The notes: generated from the letters alone by a model not told the origin. A stretch of DNA of 64,000 nt from Paraspadella gotoi (GCA_051294375.1 CM119270.1:1710091-1774090); one strand, 5' to 3'. Positions 1 to 49,153 are shown, counted from the first letter of the stretch. Numbers and translations are program-made.

Positions 1-1412
1 AAAGAATTGTTAAAGAGAAAGAGGGCGATTGAAACTATAATCAAAATATATGAAATTTCTCATTTAGTCAACTTCAACTAAACTACTAATAAAAATTCAT
101 AGAACAATAAAAATTTCAAGGCATAACGAACAACAAAACCATGCTTTGATATTCGTATAATACATGTAATTCATACTCAAAGAGTAGTGTAAAACAGTGT
201 AATTATAATTTTCTCAAAAAAATATATTGCATCGGTACTCTTCATTTTACGTCGTCGTCGTCTCGTCATTGTCGTTGTCATGGTCGTTCGGTCGTCCTGT
301 CGTGTCCTTCATGTCGTTGTCGTCGTGTCGGTCGTCGTCCTCTATTCATCGGTATTTGCGATCGGTCGTCAATCGCGTCTCATCGTCGTCGCGTCGTCTT
401 CTCTCCAAGGCACAGGTGACTTTTTTTTTTTTAATTTTGATAAATGTTGGCGGCAATTTATGTTTATTTATTTGTCTAAAATTACTTTTATTCGAGGGTT
501 TAATCGGCTAGATTAATAATATTTAGTTCTTGGGTCGGTTGGTAGCTTTGTACGGAATTGTTTGTCGTTGTAGGTTTATTCGTCGTCGGTCGTTCAAGGT
601 GTGCCTCTAACGTTAAACCGTCATTATTTCAAATCTTTAAATATTTATTTTTCAATCATTTTAAAATGAAAATTCATACTTCAGTCCAAATATATTCATT
701 TTAATTTTTTTGTTATGTTTTCTTCGTATTGCATTGCGTGTCGTCGTCGTCGGGGCGTTCGTCGTCAACATTATTTCCCGTTTCGAGTTGACACCACTTT
801 CAGTCGGTCCTCTGCCGGGAATGTAGGGTGGGTTGTCGGCCGGTGACAGCCGGCGGTCTGCGGCGGCAGAAGACCGGAGGCTGGGGGGCGGCAGCGGGAC
901 ACGGTGTTCAAGCGGCGAGGTGGCATCAGAGAACGGGTGGCGCCGGGTAGCGGCACTAGTGGCGGGCGCTTCACCATGTAAAATAACGCAAATTTTTTTT
1001 TGGGGCGACCAAATCTGTGCGCCCCGCGTCACGCTAGGATTTAATGCTTGATGATTTCGATGGCGGAGTGACCACAAATGACGACGACACGACGATCGAC
1101 GACGAGAAAATTAATAAAAAGACTAATATCTTACCATCTTTGATCCTCTAAAAACCATTATGGTACAGAGAGAGAGAAGAGAGAGAGAGAGAAGAGAGAG
1201 AGATGAGAGAGAGGGAGAGGAGACGAGGAGAGAAAGGACAGAGAGAGAAAGAAGCTTTGAAGTCTAAACGAAGACATAACTTTTGCTGAAAGAAAAAAAA
1301 TCTTTATAAAATTTAAACGAAGCAAAGAATTAAATTGCGATATATTCGGACGAGTCCGAGATTTGGAAGAAGAACATGAAGTTTCTCTCTTTTTTTTTTT
1401 TTTTTGTTTTCG
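1..1412. repeat. Direct duplication, copy 1 (copy 2 at 7686-9097)
   Basis: Sequence and ORF track repeat at offset 7685 with no difference I could see; the copies diverge after ...gttttcg (1412/9097). Confidence 0.95.
780..980 (-). other. GC-rich open segment, candidate exon of an unknown Pro/Ser-rich protein (repeated at 8465-8665)
   Basis: GC island in AT-rich DNA; one frame reads GEAPATSAATRRHPFSDATSPLEHRVPLPPPSLRSS...PTESGV. No family recognised and splice sites are unclear. Confidence 0.2.
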
Positions 1413-2001
1413 ACGAGCCATATATTCCGTCAAAAATAATACTGAACATAAAATATACAAATTAAAATTACACGTTCTCAAAATAAACGGAGAAATGGGA
1501 AGGAAAAAAAGAAAGATAACAATAGAAATACAAAAATGGAAATAAAAGCCTAAAAAGGATTCCCGCCCTTTTTTGTCCAAGAAAAAAAAATAAAAGAAAC
1601 TGAACTCGGGAGAAAAATAATGGAAAAATGGGAAGNNNNNNNNNNNNNNNNNNNNNNNNNTAGGAATTACGAGCCTCTCTCTCCTCTTCTTTCTTCTCTC
1701 TTTCCTCTCTCTCATCTCTCCTTCTCTCTCTCTCTTCTCTCTCTCTTCTCTCTCTCGTCTACTCTCGTCTTCCGCTATTTTTCCAATTATTTTCTGCGCG
1801 AGTGTCAGTTTCTTTATTCTGTTTTTTCTTGGACAAAAAAGGGCGGGAATCCTTTTTTAGGTTATTTTCCATTTTTTGTTTTCTATTGTTAATTTTTCTT
1901 TTTTTCCTTCCCATTTTCTCCGTTTATTTTGAGAACGTGTAATTTTAATTTGTATATATTTATGTTCAGTATTATTTTTGACGGAATATATGGCTCGTTC
2001 G
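1411..2001. repeat. ~220 bp inverted repeat (arms 1411-1635 and ~1769-2001) around a 25-N gap
   Basis: cgagccatatattccgtcaaaaataatactgaac... is the reverse complement of ...gttcagtattatttttgacggaatatatggctcg; arms differ mainly by indels. Confidence 0.9.
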
Positions 2002-4059
2002 AGAAGCGAATGAGAAGAAGGAGACAAGATGCAAATGCTTTCTCCTATTTCTCCTCCTGCTTCTCATCTTGTCTCTCTCATCATTTCTCTCTCTCTCGCA
2101 TTCTCTGTCTCTCTCTCGTCTCTCTCTCTCTGTGTTTCCTGTCGCCCGTTTCTGACTGCATCTTCACTGGGAGAGATTTTCGGTGCTTCTTCTGTCTTTG
2201 AGGTCGAGTTTTCAGAGCAATTAGGAAGAGAGATAGAGAGAGAGAGGAGAGAGAGAGAGTAGAGATGAGAGAGAGAGACGAGGAGAGAGAAAGTATGAGA
2301 GAGGACAAACAGACAGAGAGTTCGATTGTGATTAGTGAAGAGCATGAATAAAAGAAGAATCAAGGGAAGACGAAGAGAGAGAAAGATAGCGAGACAGATG
2401 AGAGGGAGAGAGAGAGAGAGTAAGAGACGGAAGAGGCATATGGCAATCAAAGATGGATAACCGATACCGTCATTATTCAACGCGCTTGTCGGTTGATAAA
2501 AGAAATCCTGACAAAGAAGCATAAGAATATAATTGAGATAAATTCGATAAAATAGAAAGTGATTTATTCCGATTGATTAACTGATTGCGGATTGATCTTC
2601 GATTGATTTAACAATGAAGCAAATACGATTTCTACTTGAGCTTGAGTGGCATCTATCTTAAGTTGATTTTTGTTTAGTTTAGTGAATTATTGATTAACAA
2701 TTTAACAATACCTAGGAGAAATTGTAAGTGGCTATATAAAAGAAATAAAAAAAAAAAAAAAGAATAGATAGAATTTAAGCTAAGTTTTCTTTTTCTTCTC
2801 ATCTCGGTCAATAGCTGATTCACCTTTCGTTTTCTTCTTGTGGTATTTTTTCCTTTTTTTTTTTGTTTAAGCTGGCCGCGATGTACGTCTATAGAGTCAC
2901 TTTCGTCGTATGTGTCGTCGGGTCTGTCGCGGTCAGTACAGAAGGTCATCTCGGTCCTGACGTTGTCGGTATGTCTATTGTCGTCTGCCCACTTACGTTA
3001 AAAATGCATATGATATTGCCGTATGGTTGGTTGTTCATTGTTGTTAAGACAGAAAAAAACCGTCAAATCGTATGTGAACTATAAGAGAAAATCTATAAAT
3101 AATCAAGAATGAAATTTTAAAGCGGTGCATGTTATAGATATACACAGGCGTAAATAAGAGTTGTTTTAGCCATCGTCATGTCCATAACATTTTGAACAAA
3201 GGGAATACACAGTGAAAAACAAAGTCACTTGCGGCGCAATACACATTGGAATTACCGTCTGTGTTTCCTTTTTTTTTTTCCCTTTCTTTTTCTGCTGCTA
3301 GGGCATTGCTGCTCTCTTTTTTAGATGAAATGATATTGATTTTTATAATACCGAGACATCACGCCTTTATATCGTACACTGAAGAGAGTTCGAGACTTAA
3401 ATCAATTTTTTCGTATCACTTGCAGATTATAGATGTCCTTCTCACATCATAGTAATATAATCTTGATATAACTTTACCTTTTGGTTGTTGTGTGATTTAT
3501 GATTTTTGTATTTTGTATTTTCATTCCGTTCAAAAAATTTTGGTCCTCATTTCATTACATTGTGGTGTCCAATTTGTCATTTTGTCAATGTTTCAAATTG
3601 TCAACTTTTGTCATGTTGTCATTTGGTCAAGTCTCTGTTCAGACGCTCAATTGCTAATTGTAGAATTTGTGTGTTAAAAAAATCGAAACTTATTTGCCTG
3701 CCTCGTCATGCTGTCAATGTAACCGATGCCGCGTCCAGGGCCCCGTCTGCTTCGTCACAACAGTCCTTCCTTCTATTCTTACAATCCTTAGCCTATTTTT
3801 TTTAGTCTTTTATCCTTTTAACAGTCCTTTCCTTCTGCTCTTGTTATCCTCATTCTTCTGCTGTTTCATATCTTTCTCCGTCGATCTCTGCTCTTAACAG
3901 ACATTCATTTCACCTCCCACCTCTCTCACAATTCGCGCCTCATTTTTTACATCTTCTCCTTCTTTCGCCATTTCCCCTCTCTCTCTCTCTCATCTCCTCT
4001 CTCTCCTCTCTCTCTCTCTCTCTCTCGCACTCTCTCTCTCTCTCTGCTCTCTCTCTGTC

Positions 4060-5308
4060 GATCTTGTACGGCCAGGCGTCTGGCTGCTCTCAGCGGCGTA
4101 TCCCCTCGCCAGTCTGCCTTTCCGAAATCTGCGTCGTTGTGCGAACGGTGCTGACCTGAATTGGCTTAAGCCCCTTTGCTTATATAAAACATTCAGTTTG
4201 AAGCAGAGTAAGAGAGAGAAAGAAGAGAGAGAGAGAGAAGAGAGAGAGAGAGGGAGAGAGTAGAGGAGAGAGAGTGAGAGAATGAGAATCCCATAGTAAG
4301 TCGTCGTTTTAAAAATCGCTTCCTGTTTTTTTCTTTCTTTTCTTTCAGGACTAACAACTATCACCTCGCGTTGTGAAGGAACAGCCATCCCGGCTCTAAA
4401 GAAGAAACAACCCTGGTGCTTTTTTTTTTTTTCCGCGGGCTGCAACCTGAGAGAGAGAGAGAGAGATGAGAGAGAAGAGAGAGAGAGAGATGAGAGAAGA
4501 GGAGAGAGAGAGAGAGGAGAGAGAGGTTCTTCTCGCGCAAGTGGCCGCACTTCCTCGAGTGTAGATCGCTTTTGAGATGCCGCGTGCTCGCTTGGCGCCG
4601 TTCGCGGAGACGTTGACTCTGTCTCTTTCTCTCTTTTCTCGTCTTCTCTCTCTCTTCTCCTCCTCTCTCGCCTCCTCTCTCCGATCCTAGTTTCTCGTAC
4701 CTCTCTCTCTCTCTCTCCTCTCTCTCTTTCCTGTACATAACTAGGAGTTTCGTTCATTCTCTGTTCTATCGATGATGCGTGCACGTCGTCTGTCGTCGCG
4801 GTCATCGTCGTCGTCGTCGTCGTCGTTGTCGTCCGTCGTCGTTCCGTCGTCGTCGTCGTTGCGTCGTCTGTCGTTCGTCGTCGTCGTCGTTGTCGCGTCG
4901 TCGTCTGTCGTCGTCGTCGTGCGTCGTCGTCTGTCGTGCCCTCTTATGTACATGAACAGTAAGCCAGAAAGGATGTGAGAGATAACGACTGGTTGTGCTG
5001 GTCGGTCCGTCCGTTCGCAAGTTTTTTGGAAGCAGACAGAAGATTAATTAACCTGCATCGACCGTCGCTGCGAATTCTCCTCTCTCACTCCATCTCTCTC
5101 TCGTCCTCTCTCTTCTCTCCTCATCTCTCCTCTCTTCTCTCTCGTTCCTCTTCTCTCTCTCTTCTCTTCTCTCCTTCTCTCTCTCCTTCTCTCCAAATCT
5201 CCCTCTTCCCCTCCCTTCAACCTCTCTCTCCCTCTCTCCTTTTCTCTCTCTCTCCTCCTTTCTCGCTTTCGCTCTCGTTTAATCGACTAAGTGCTAAGGA
5301 AAAGTATC

Positions 5309-5362
<54 letters not shown>

Positions 5363-5820
5363 GAAGAGAGAAGAGAGAGAGAAGAGATGAGGATTGAAGA
5401 GAAGAGAGAGAGAGATGAGAGAGAGGAGATGAGAGAGTAGAGAGAGAGTCGGTGAGACTTTCTCTCGTCTCTCGCATACTTTTTTTGTTTTTTTGTTTTT
5501 TTCGGATAGGACATTTTTCCTTCCCCCCCCTTGCCTTGTCCATCAACCCTCGCGAAAAAGATTTTGCGAAAAATGAGTGAGAGGAGAGAAGAGAGGGACA
5601 GAAAATAGAAATGCAAGTGTTGAGCATAACAGAGGCATCAAATATTTATATTTAATATGTTCGAGTAGGAATTAAATTGATTCATTACGCTTGAAAAATC
5701 TTTGAATATTATGCGCACTTCATTAAGGATGAAGCGAGTGAATAAGATCTTCTGCATGGTGACCGATGCTTGATTGAAAGCTGCCAGGGACTGCTATGGT
5801 CATATCTTGTAAGAGGTGAT
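4060..5820 (-). other. Possible error-garbled ankyrin-repeat exons separated by GA/TC tracts
   Basis: Manual translation gives ADFGKADWRGDTPLRAARR (~4075-4135), HAASQKRSTLEEVRPLA (~4535-4590), TDQHNQSL (~4980-5005) and LAAFNQASVTMQKIL (~5745-5790). These resemble the ankyrin consensus D..G.TPLH.AA..G...V..LL, but frameshifts are needed to join them. Confidence 0.3.
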
Positions 5821-6979
5821 TGGAGGCTTAAACCATCAAAGCCTGTCAAAGTCAGGGAGTGGGGCAAGATAGCTATTTATTTAAATGAATGGATAAATTG
5901 ATATCTCAAATTACGCGATTTCATAATGAGGTTGAAAAAAAGATAGAAAGGATAAAGAATAATAGATAAAAGAGGAAAGACAAAAGAAAGGAGAAGAAAA
6001 GAGAGAAATCAATAAAAATAATAATAAAAGAGAGAGAGAACTTCTGTTTGAAAGCTATATGTTTTTTTTCTTTGCTAGGCAGACGCATCGAAGCTCCCAA
6101 TTTTCAATCAGTTATTTTACCTCTTTTTTTTTCACAATTTTTTTGTTTGAAAGAAAATCACTAGTATTCATATTATTAGTCCATACTAAAAAAAAAAAGA
6201 GCGACGGACATATAAAAAGGAACAAAATGAAATGAAGACAGATTGAAGGATCGAATAGATAGAGGTGAGAGGAATAATTAGTTTAGTCTCTTAGCTTGCT
6301 TTCTAATTCATAACTGCGGTCCAAAGTTCAAAGGCGGAAAGAGAAAGAGAGGGAGATATATCTATATATATATATATATATATAAATATAGTAGTGTGAG
6401 AGAGGGGGAGAAAAGTAAAGATTTGATGAGAGAGAAAAGACGATTTGTATATTATGATTTCTTTGCTTATAATAAAAATTACAGATTTTTTATTTTATAT
6501 ATAATCCTTTTTCTTTTCGTTGTAAATGATTTAGAGAAAAAACAAAGTTTTTGATTAGTTTTCAACGAATTTGTTTATTGAAAAACGGCTTTGAACACCA
6601 AAGAGCCGAAACATTCTGTTTTTTCAATAAAAACAAATTAGTTACTAGATATAACTTGTTTTTTTCTCCTAGATCTTTTATTAAGATTATATTTAAATCA
6701 TTTATATTAGGATTGAAATTCTCTATTCGTTTTGTTTTTGTGTGTTAGTTTTGGTTTTGTGTTTGCGGTTTTTTGCAATTTGGTTTTATTTTTGGTTTTT
6801 TTTTTTTTTTTTTGTTTTTTTTTTTTGCTTTTTTTTTTTTTAAAACATAAAACTTCAAGATTGCAATTTTTTTTTCTTAAATTGAATGTTTTGCTGTCGG
6901 GGCGACTGGTCAGCGTAATATTTAGTTTTCAATTTACTCTTCAGAGGCGGGAAAGGAAAGATGAGAGATGAGAAGAGAG

Positions 6980-7024
<45 letters not shown>

Positions 7025-7685
7025 TGAGAGAGAGACGAGAGAGATGAGAGTCGATGTTCATTAATTTCCTTTCTTCTTCCGCTACATAAAATTAATCGGG
7101 GTGTCGTTGAAATGATTCATGTGCGTTGACTGAGCTTGGTGCGCTCGTCATCTCGCGTCCGTCGTCGCGTCGGTCGTCGTCGCGTCCTCCAGTCGGTTTT
7201 TCTGTTCGTCGTGGTCCGTTGTCGTCCTCCGATCCTCCTCTTCTCCTCTTCCCTCTCCTTATCTATCCCTCAACCAAGACATGTGTGGTAGAGATCTTCC
7301 TTAAGAAGGAAGAAAGAACAAGAAAAAGAAAAAATGAAAGAAAGAAATGAAGGAAGAAAAAGAGAGAAAGAAAGAAAAGAAAGAAAAAGAGGAAGTAAGA
7401 AACAGGAACACAAAGAAAACAAAAAAAACAAAGAAAACACACAGAAGGAAAGAAATTAAGAAAGAGAGATAGTATAAAATAAAGATGAAATAATAAAATA
7501 TAAATAAATAAAATAATAAATAATATCATAATATAATGATATAATTATAAAATGTTTTATATATAAAAAATAAATATAAATAATAATAAATTAATAAAAT
7601 AAACGGCTAAAATATTATATAAAATATAAATTATAAATTACTAATTATAAATATGTAATAAAAAAGAAAAGAAAAAATGGTAGCC

Positions 7686-9097
7686 AAAGAATTGTTAAAG
7701 AGAAAGAGGGCGATTGAAACTATAATCAAAATATATGAAATTTCTCATTTAGTCAACTTCAACTAAACTACTAATAAAAATTCATAGAACAATAAAAATT
7801 TCAAGGCATAACGAACAACAAAACCATGCTTTGATATTCGTATAATACATGTAATTCATACTCAAAGAGTAGTGTAAAACAGTGTAATTATAATTTTCTC
7901 AAAAAAATATATTGCATCGGTACTCTTCATTTTACGTCGTCGTCGTCTCGTCATTGTCGTTGTCATGGTCGTTCGGTCGTCCTGTCGTGTCCTTCATGTC
8001 GTTGTCGTCGTGTCGGTCGTCGTCCTCTATTCATCGGTATTTGCGATCGGTCGTCAATCGCGTCTCATCGTCGTCGCGTCGTCTTCTCTCCAAGGCACAG
8101 GTGACTTTTTTTTTTTTAATTTTGATAAATGTTGGCGGCAATTTATGTTTATTTATTTGTCTAAAATTACTTTTATTCGAGGGTTTAATCGGCTAGATTA
8201 ATAATATTTAGTTCTTGGGTCGGTTGGTAGCTTTGTACGGAATTGTTTGTCGTTGTAGGTTTATTCGTCGTCGGTCGTTCAAGGTGTGCCTCTAACGTTA
8301 AACCGTCATTATTTCAAATCTTTAAATATTTATTTTTCAATCATTTTAAAATGAAAATTCATACTTCAGTCCAAATATATTCATTTTAATTTTTTTGTTA
8401 TGTTTTCTTCGTATTGCATTGCGTGTCGTCGTCGTCGGGGCGTTCGTCGTCAACATTATTTCCCGTTTCGAGTTGACACCACTTTCAGTCGGTCCTCTGC
8501 CGGGAATGTAGGGTGGGTTGTCGGCCGGTGACAGCCGGCGGTCTGCGGCGGCAGAAGACCGGAGGCTGGGGGGCGGCAGCGGGACACGGTGTTCAAGCGG
8601 CGAGGTGGCATCAGAGAACGGGTGGCGCCGGGTAGCGGCACTAGTGGCGGGCGCTTCACCATGTAAAATAACGCAAATTTTTTTTTGGGGCGACCAAATC
8701 TGTGCGCCCCGCGTCACGCTAGGATTTAATGCTTGATGATTTCGATGGCGGAGTGACCACAAATGACGACGACACGACGATCGACGACGAGAAAATTAAT
8801 AAAAAGACTAATATCTTACCATCTTTGATCCTCTAAAAACCATTATGGTACAGAGAGAGAGAAGAGAGAGAGAGAGAAGAGAGAGAGATGAGAGAGAGGG
8901 AGAGGAGACGAGGAGAGAAAGGACAGAGAGAGAAAGAAGCTTTGAAGTCTAAACGAAGACATAACTTTTGCTGAAAGAAAAAAAATCTTTATAAAATTTA
9001 AACGAAGCAAAGAATTAAATTGCGATATATTCGGACGAGTCCGAGATTTGGAAGAAGAACATGAAGTTTCTCTCTTTTTTTTTTTTTTTTGTTTTCG
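7686..9097. repeat. Direct duplication, copy 2 of 1-1412
   Basis: Matches 1-1412, including microsatellite tracts; probably redundant assembly. Confidence 0.95.
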
Positions 9098-9887
9098 TTC
9101 CTATTATCTTTTTCAAGCAAACAAACGCAAAGTTGTGCTACGCGTTGCGTTTTTTTTCCTCATCCAAACTTTTTAGTCCAAATAATCCCTATCAGTCAGT
9201 ATCTCGTTTGTCAATGATAACAAAAATAAATAATTTAATGTACAAAAAAAATAGTTCATAAATTGGAGAATTGCGCTGTCAGTTTCTTGAGACTAAGTTG
9301 ACGACTGCCTCGTTTCTTCTCTCATCTCTCCCCCGTCGATTCTGATTGGTCGAGAGAGAAGCCATCTCTCTGATTGATCGAGAGAGAAGAAAAGGGAGAA
9401 AAGCCAAAGGAGACAAGAGAGACGAGCAACACGATCAATTCGTTTCCTGCATTGATATGATTATTATACCTTGCCAGAAAATTTGAAGTTTGTGATCCAG
9501 CTTAGTAGTAGGGCTCAAAACGAGCTTCATACAAGCGCTGATGTTTTACAATTTTTCTTTTTTTCTTTTAAATTATGGGAAATGCTGCCAACTTTTCAAA
9601 AAATGCTAAAAAACTGAAAAATTCGGGCATTTCTTTCTATCTCGAAGGGCATTAAGTATACTCAAACGAAACCAGTTTTAATCATTAAAGCGTAAAAAAC
9701 TGTACATGTTGGACACCTTACTACACCTTCTATTAAATGGGGATATTTTAATAATTGATTATTAAACAAGATTTATAACTTATGAGTGAGTCGATCTCAG
9801 TTTTTTATTTCACTGATATTTTTTGCGCATAACAATTTTCGCACATTGCTCTTCTAACGTGGGTCCGATATTTCCTACCCTTACTTA

Positions 9888-10160
9888 TAGTCGCGCATTA
9901 AGTTCACTCCGCCTATAAGCGTGACACCTTCAGTCTTTACCCGGTGGCTCATTGAGTATTACCATCATCTCATGACCATCAGGTACCGGGATCGATTCCC
10001 AATAGTACCTACCCAGCAAGCATGAGGACAGCCGAAAACCGTCTTGGGGGCGTGGAAAACCCTCAAGCCTGGTTCCAAGCCCAGGAACCGTTCCATAGTA
10101 TAGAGGGGGTTAAAGAAGTTACGGAAGGCACTCTTTAGCTCATTAGGAGCCTTAGCTACA
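9888..10160 (+). mobile_element. tRNA-headed dispersed element (family S1), SINE-like
   Basis: A-box-like TGGCTCATTGAG (~9945) and B-box-like GGATCGATTCC (~9989); homologous in reverse orientation to 62010-62266 and 50935-51140. Confidence 0.7.
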
Positions 10161-10717
10161 TACTTAATATACTATTTATTTAGAAATAATCACTTATTAT
10201 CTCTCATCCCTCAGCCTTCTAATCATTCTCGAACCATCACCTCTTGACGACGGCTCATCCGAAAAACTAAGCAAAAACGATAAATCATGCAGCTTCGCTT
10301 GGGGGGTAAAGATATAGGGATGTTGTAAATCTTCCAGAGATAAATTAAGAAAATAATTATTTGCATCTCTTTCTCTCTCACTCACTCACTCACTCACTCA
10401 GATGCAGTTGGGTTGTTTATTCGATCTGATCATTGTTTATACATTTGGATAAAAAACTCCTATAGGTTTAAACTTGAGTTATAAAGATTTTTAAAAAAAC
10501 TACATGGAACAATGAACATACTTAATTAAACTACTTGGAACAATGAACATACTTAACAATGAACTTACTGAACCAGCCAACAAAAAAAACAAAACAAAAC
10601 AAGGAAAAAACGCGAGAGAGGAAAAATAAAAATCTCGCTGGGAGACTTGACGCTAATAAAACGCTGGCCCTGGATTTATCGGCGCCGCATCGATCTTTCC
10701 GGCGCCGAGAGAGAGAG

Positions 10718-10770
<53 letters not shown>

Positions 10771-11586
10771 CATAATAATAGACATTCTCGCTATTAAATC
10801 GCTCTCATCCTTTTCTCTTTTTTTCTCTCTACCCTATTTTCCAGTAGAAGCAGAAAATGGCTTTTTTATTCAGACTCTGACATCAGCGCCGCCTCTACCG
10901 CTGCCGCTTCCGCCGCCGCCGCCGCCGCCACAGCCGCAGCCGCAGCCGCCGATTCCTTTAGGATTTCTAGGCGGAGTTTTAAAAATGCTTCGCCTCATGA
11001 TTTCTTCTTTTTTTTTGTTTCGAGACTTTTTAGTCTGTCGGTCTGTGTAAATTATTTATTCATTTAAAAAAAATTAAAAATTAAAAAAAAATTAAAATAT
11101 TTTGATTTTTTTGGCCATGTTTATTATTTTATATATTATTTATTTTTTTCTTCTTTTTTTCCCGCTTCTTCTTCTCCTTTCCGCTTCTTCTTCTCCTTTC
11201 CGCTTCTTCTTCCCCTTTCCGCTTCTTCTTCTNNNNNNNNNNNNNNNNNNNNNNNNNNNNNNNNNNNNNNNNNNNNNNNNNNNNNNNNNNNNNNNNNNNN
11301 NNNNNNNNNNNNNNNNNNNNNNNNNNNNNNNNNNNNNNNNNNNNNNNNNNNNNNNNNNNNNNNNNNNNNNNNNNNNNNNNNNNNNNNNNNNNNNNNNNNN
11401 NNNNNNNNNNNNNNNNNNNNNNNNTTTCCGCTTCTTCTTCTCCTTTCCGCTTCTTCCCCCTTTTTCTCCCTCGGTTTCACTTTGTCATTATCGCTCAAGG
11501 GAATCAAATCTCCGAAGCCAAATGAGAGAAAATGAAATAAAAATGAAGAGAAAAAAAAGATAAAAAATAGTTGAACGTTTGTTACT

Positions 11587-11633
<47 letters not shown>

Positions 11634-12149
11634 GAGAGAGTGCAAAAAATTATTGCATAATTAATAAGTTGGATTTAAGCCTGATGAAAACTTTTAAGTG
11701 CAATGGTCCTTGTCAGAATTATAAATAGCATAATCATCATCATCTTCATCCCTATCTTCATCATCATCGTCAACATCAATGTCATCATCTTCATCAATTT
11801 GATGTTCGTCGTCTTCATTATCATCGTCGTCATCATCGTCGTCGTTTTTCTTCATTCCATTTTTTTGACGAATTTCCAACGAAAAGAAAAAGTGATTTTT
11901 TTCCAAAGTTGAAATGAGGAAATGAGAGATATGGAAAAAGATAAAGGCTTGTCAGAGAAAGTTGTCTTCTTTCTTTCTTTCTTTCTTTCTTAAAAAAAAA
12001 AAAAAAAAAAAAAAAAGAGAGAGATGGCTTTTTGTCAGAAGAAAGTTGGTCTTCTTTTCTTTCTTTCTTTTCTTTCCTTTTCATTCTTTCCATTTATTCC
12101 CATTCCTTTCCTTCTTTCTTTCTCTATTTTCTCCAATCGATCCTTCATG

Positions 12150-47720
<35,571 letters not shown>

Positions 47721-47749
47721 TCAANNNNNNNNNNNNNNNNNNNNNNNNN

Positions 47750-48270
47750 AAAAACAGTTTGTGGTATTAAAACCAGTTTTACGTTTTGTTTTCAGACATA
47801 ATAAATTCAGATAATCAAAATAGATATATTGGGGATTTTCATGTTTTCTGTCTCCACTCAAACTTCGTTTCTATTTTTTTTTCTCTGAAGATCAAATTTA
47901 ATCTGATGATAAATTTCGTCCTTTTTTGATGCCAACTCGAAAAATTAGGATAATCATTGATTCGATATGAGCTAAAGCCAAGCTCGGTCAAGCCTAGCGT
48001 CGTCAAGCAACGCCAAGACAACGGTCGGCGAAATTCGAGTCCAAGCCAAGCAATAATCAAATTTAAGAGAAAGCCCAAGTTGACCTTATTTGCCGAGAGT
48101 GCCCCATTTCTTCTTTAATTCTTAATTAAGGTTTAAGGTTTAAAGATTAGGTTAAAGATTAGGGATTAGGGTTCAGGGTTAGAGATTAAGGTTAAGGATT
48201 ATATTTTAACTTTGGTAATAGATTAATAATAAATATTAGGATTAAAGTTAAGGTTATGGGTTTAAGAACT
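47750..48270. repeat. Cleaner duplicate of parts of 45810-47040, ending in degenerate TTAGGG-like repeats
   Basis: aaaacagtttgtgg, ccaagcaataatcaaa, agttgaccttatt and ccccatt are shared; follows a 25-N gap. Confidence 0.75.
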
Positions 48271-49039
48271 AAAATGGGGGGCATTTGAAAAAGAGAGCCG
48301 CAATTTGAATCAAATAGAAAAAGTCAAGAAAAGTCNNNNNNNNNNNNNNNNNNNNNNNNNNNNNNNNNNNNNNNNNNNNNNNNNNNNNNNNNNNNNNNNN
48401 NNNNNNNNNNNNNNNNNNNNNNNNNNNNNNNNNNNNNNNNNNNNNNNNNNNNNNNNNNNNNNNNNNNNNNNNNNNNNNNNNNNNNNNNNNNNNNNNNNNN
48501 NNNNNNNNNNNNNNTGTGTGTGTGTTTGAGAGTGTGCGAGAGAAATTGAAAGTACTAAATCAATAACAATAATTTTAGTCCCTCCACCCCGGGTCAGTCA
48601 ATTTTTACGCACCCCAACCGAAACACCGCCGAATAAATATATGTTTTCCCTTTCACGTCTTACGTTGTTTCGTGAAAACAAAAAAGCAAAACAATGAAAC
48701 GAAAGGCCAACGACCAAGATCACCTTCCTACAAAAAAAAAGATTTGAGCGCCGTCTATCGGGAGATCAAAGATTTAAGAAAACAAGATCGGTTCATCCAA
48801 TGTGTTGCGCCGCAGCGACTTTATTTTCACGTGTATTTTTCGTGACATGACATGACGTGACAAAACAAGACGCGACATGACATGACTACAATAACTTTCT
48901 TCGCCTATGTATTTATGACACGCACTGCATCGGAATTCTTAGGATTTTCGAAAGGCAGCGCTAGCAGTCCCTGAAATTTTTTTTTTTTTCTGTCTTAACA
49001 AATGAGAAACTAACTATAGGCGAATTATGAGCATTTTTT

Positions 49040-49153
49040 ACAGACCGACGGACAGACCGACCGACGGACAGACCGACCGACGGACAGACCGACAGACCGA
49101 CCGAAAAGTCACTTATAGAGTTGCTCCGCGAGTACTCGCGGCGCAACTAAAAA
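49040..49153 (-). mobile_element. Helentron/DINE-1-like non-autonomous element end
   Basis: (GACA/GACC/GACG)n microsatellite, then a palindrome agttgctccgcgagtactcgcggcgcaact and aaaaa; second copy at 62293-62388. Confidence 0.6.

Noticed and set aside
1411-2001. Foldback transposon or long hairpin RNA
   Set aside because: One arm ends exactly at a 25-N gap, the arms differ by indels, and the duplicate locus at 9097 continues without it, which points to a gap-filling artefact.
10885-10952. Poly-alanine coding exon (GCC/GCA run)
   Set aside because: No sustained open frame or recognisable flanking protein sequence; treated as a trinucleotide repeat.
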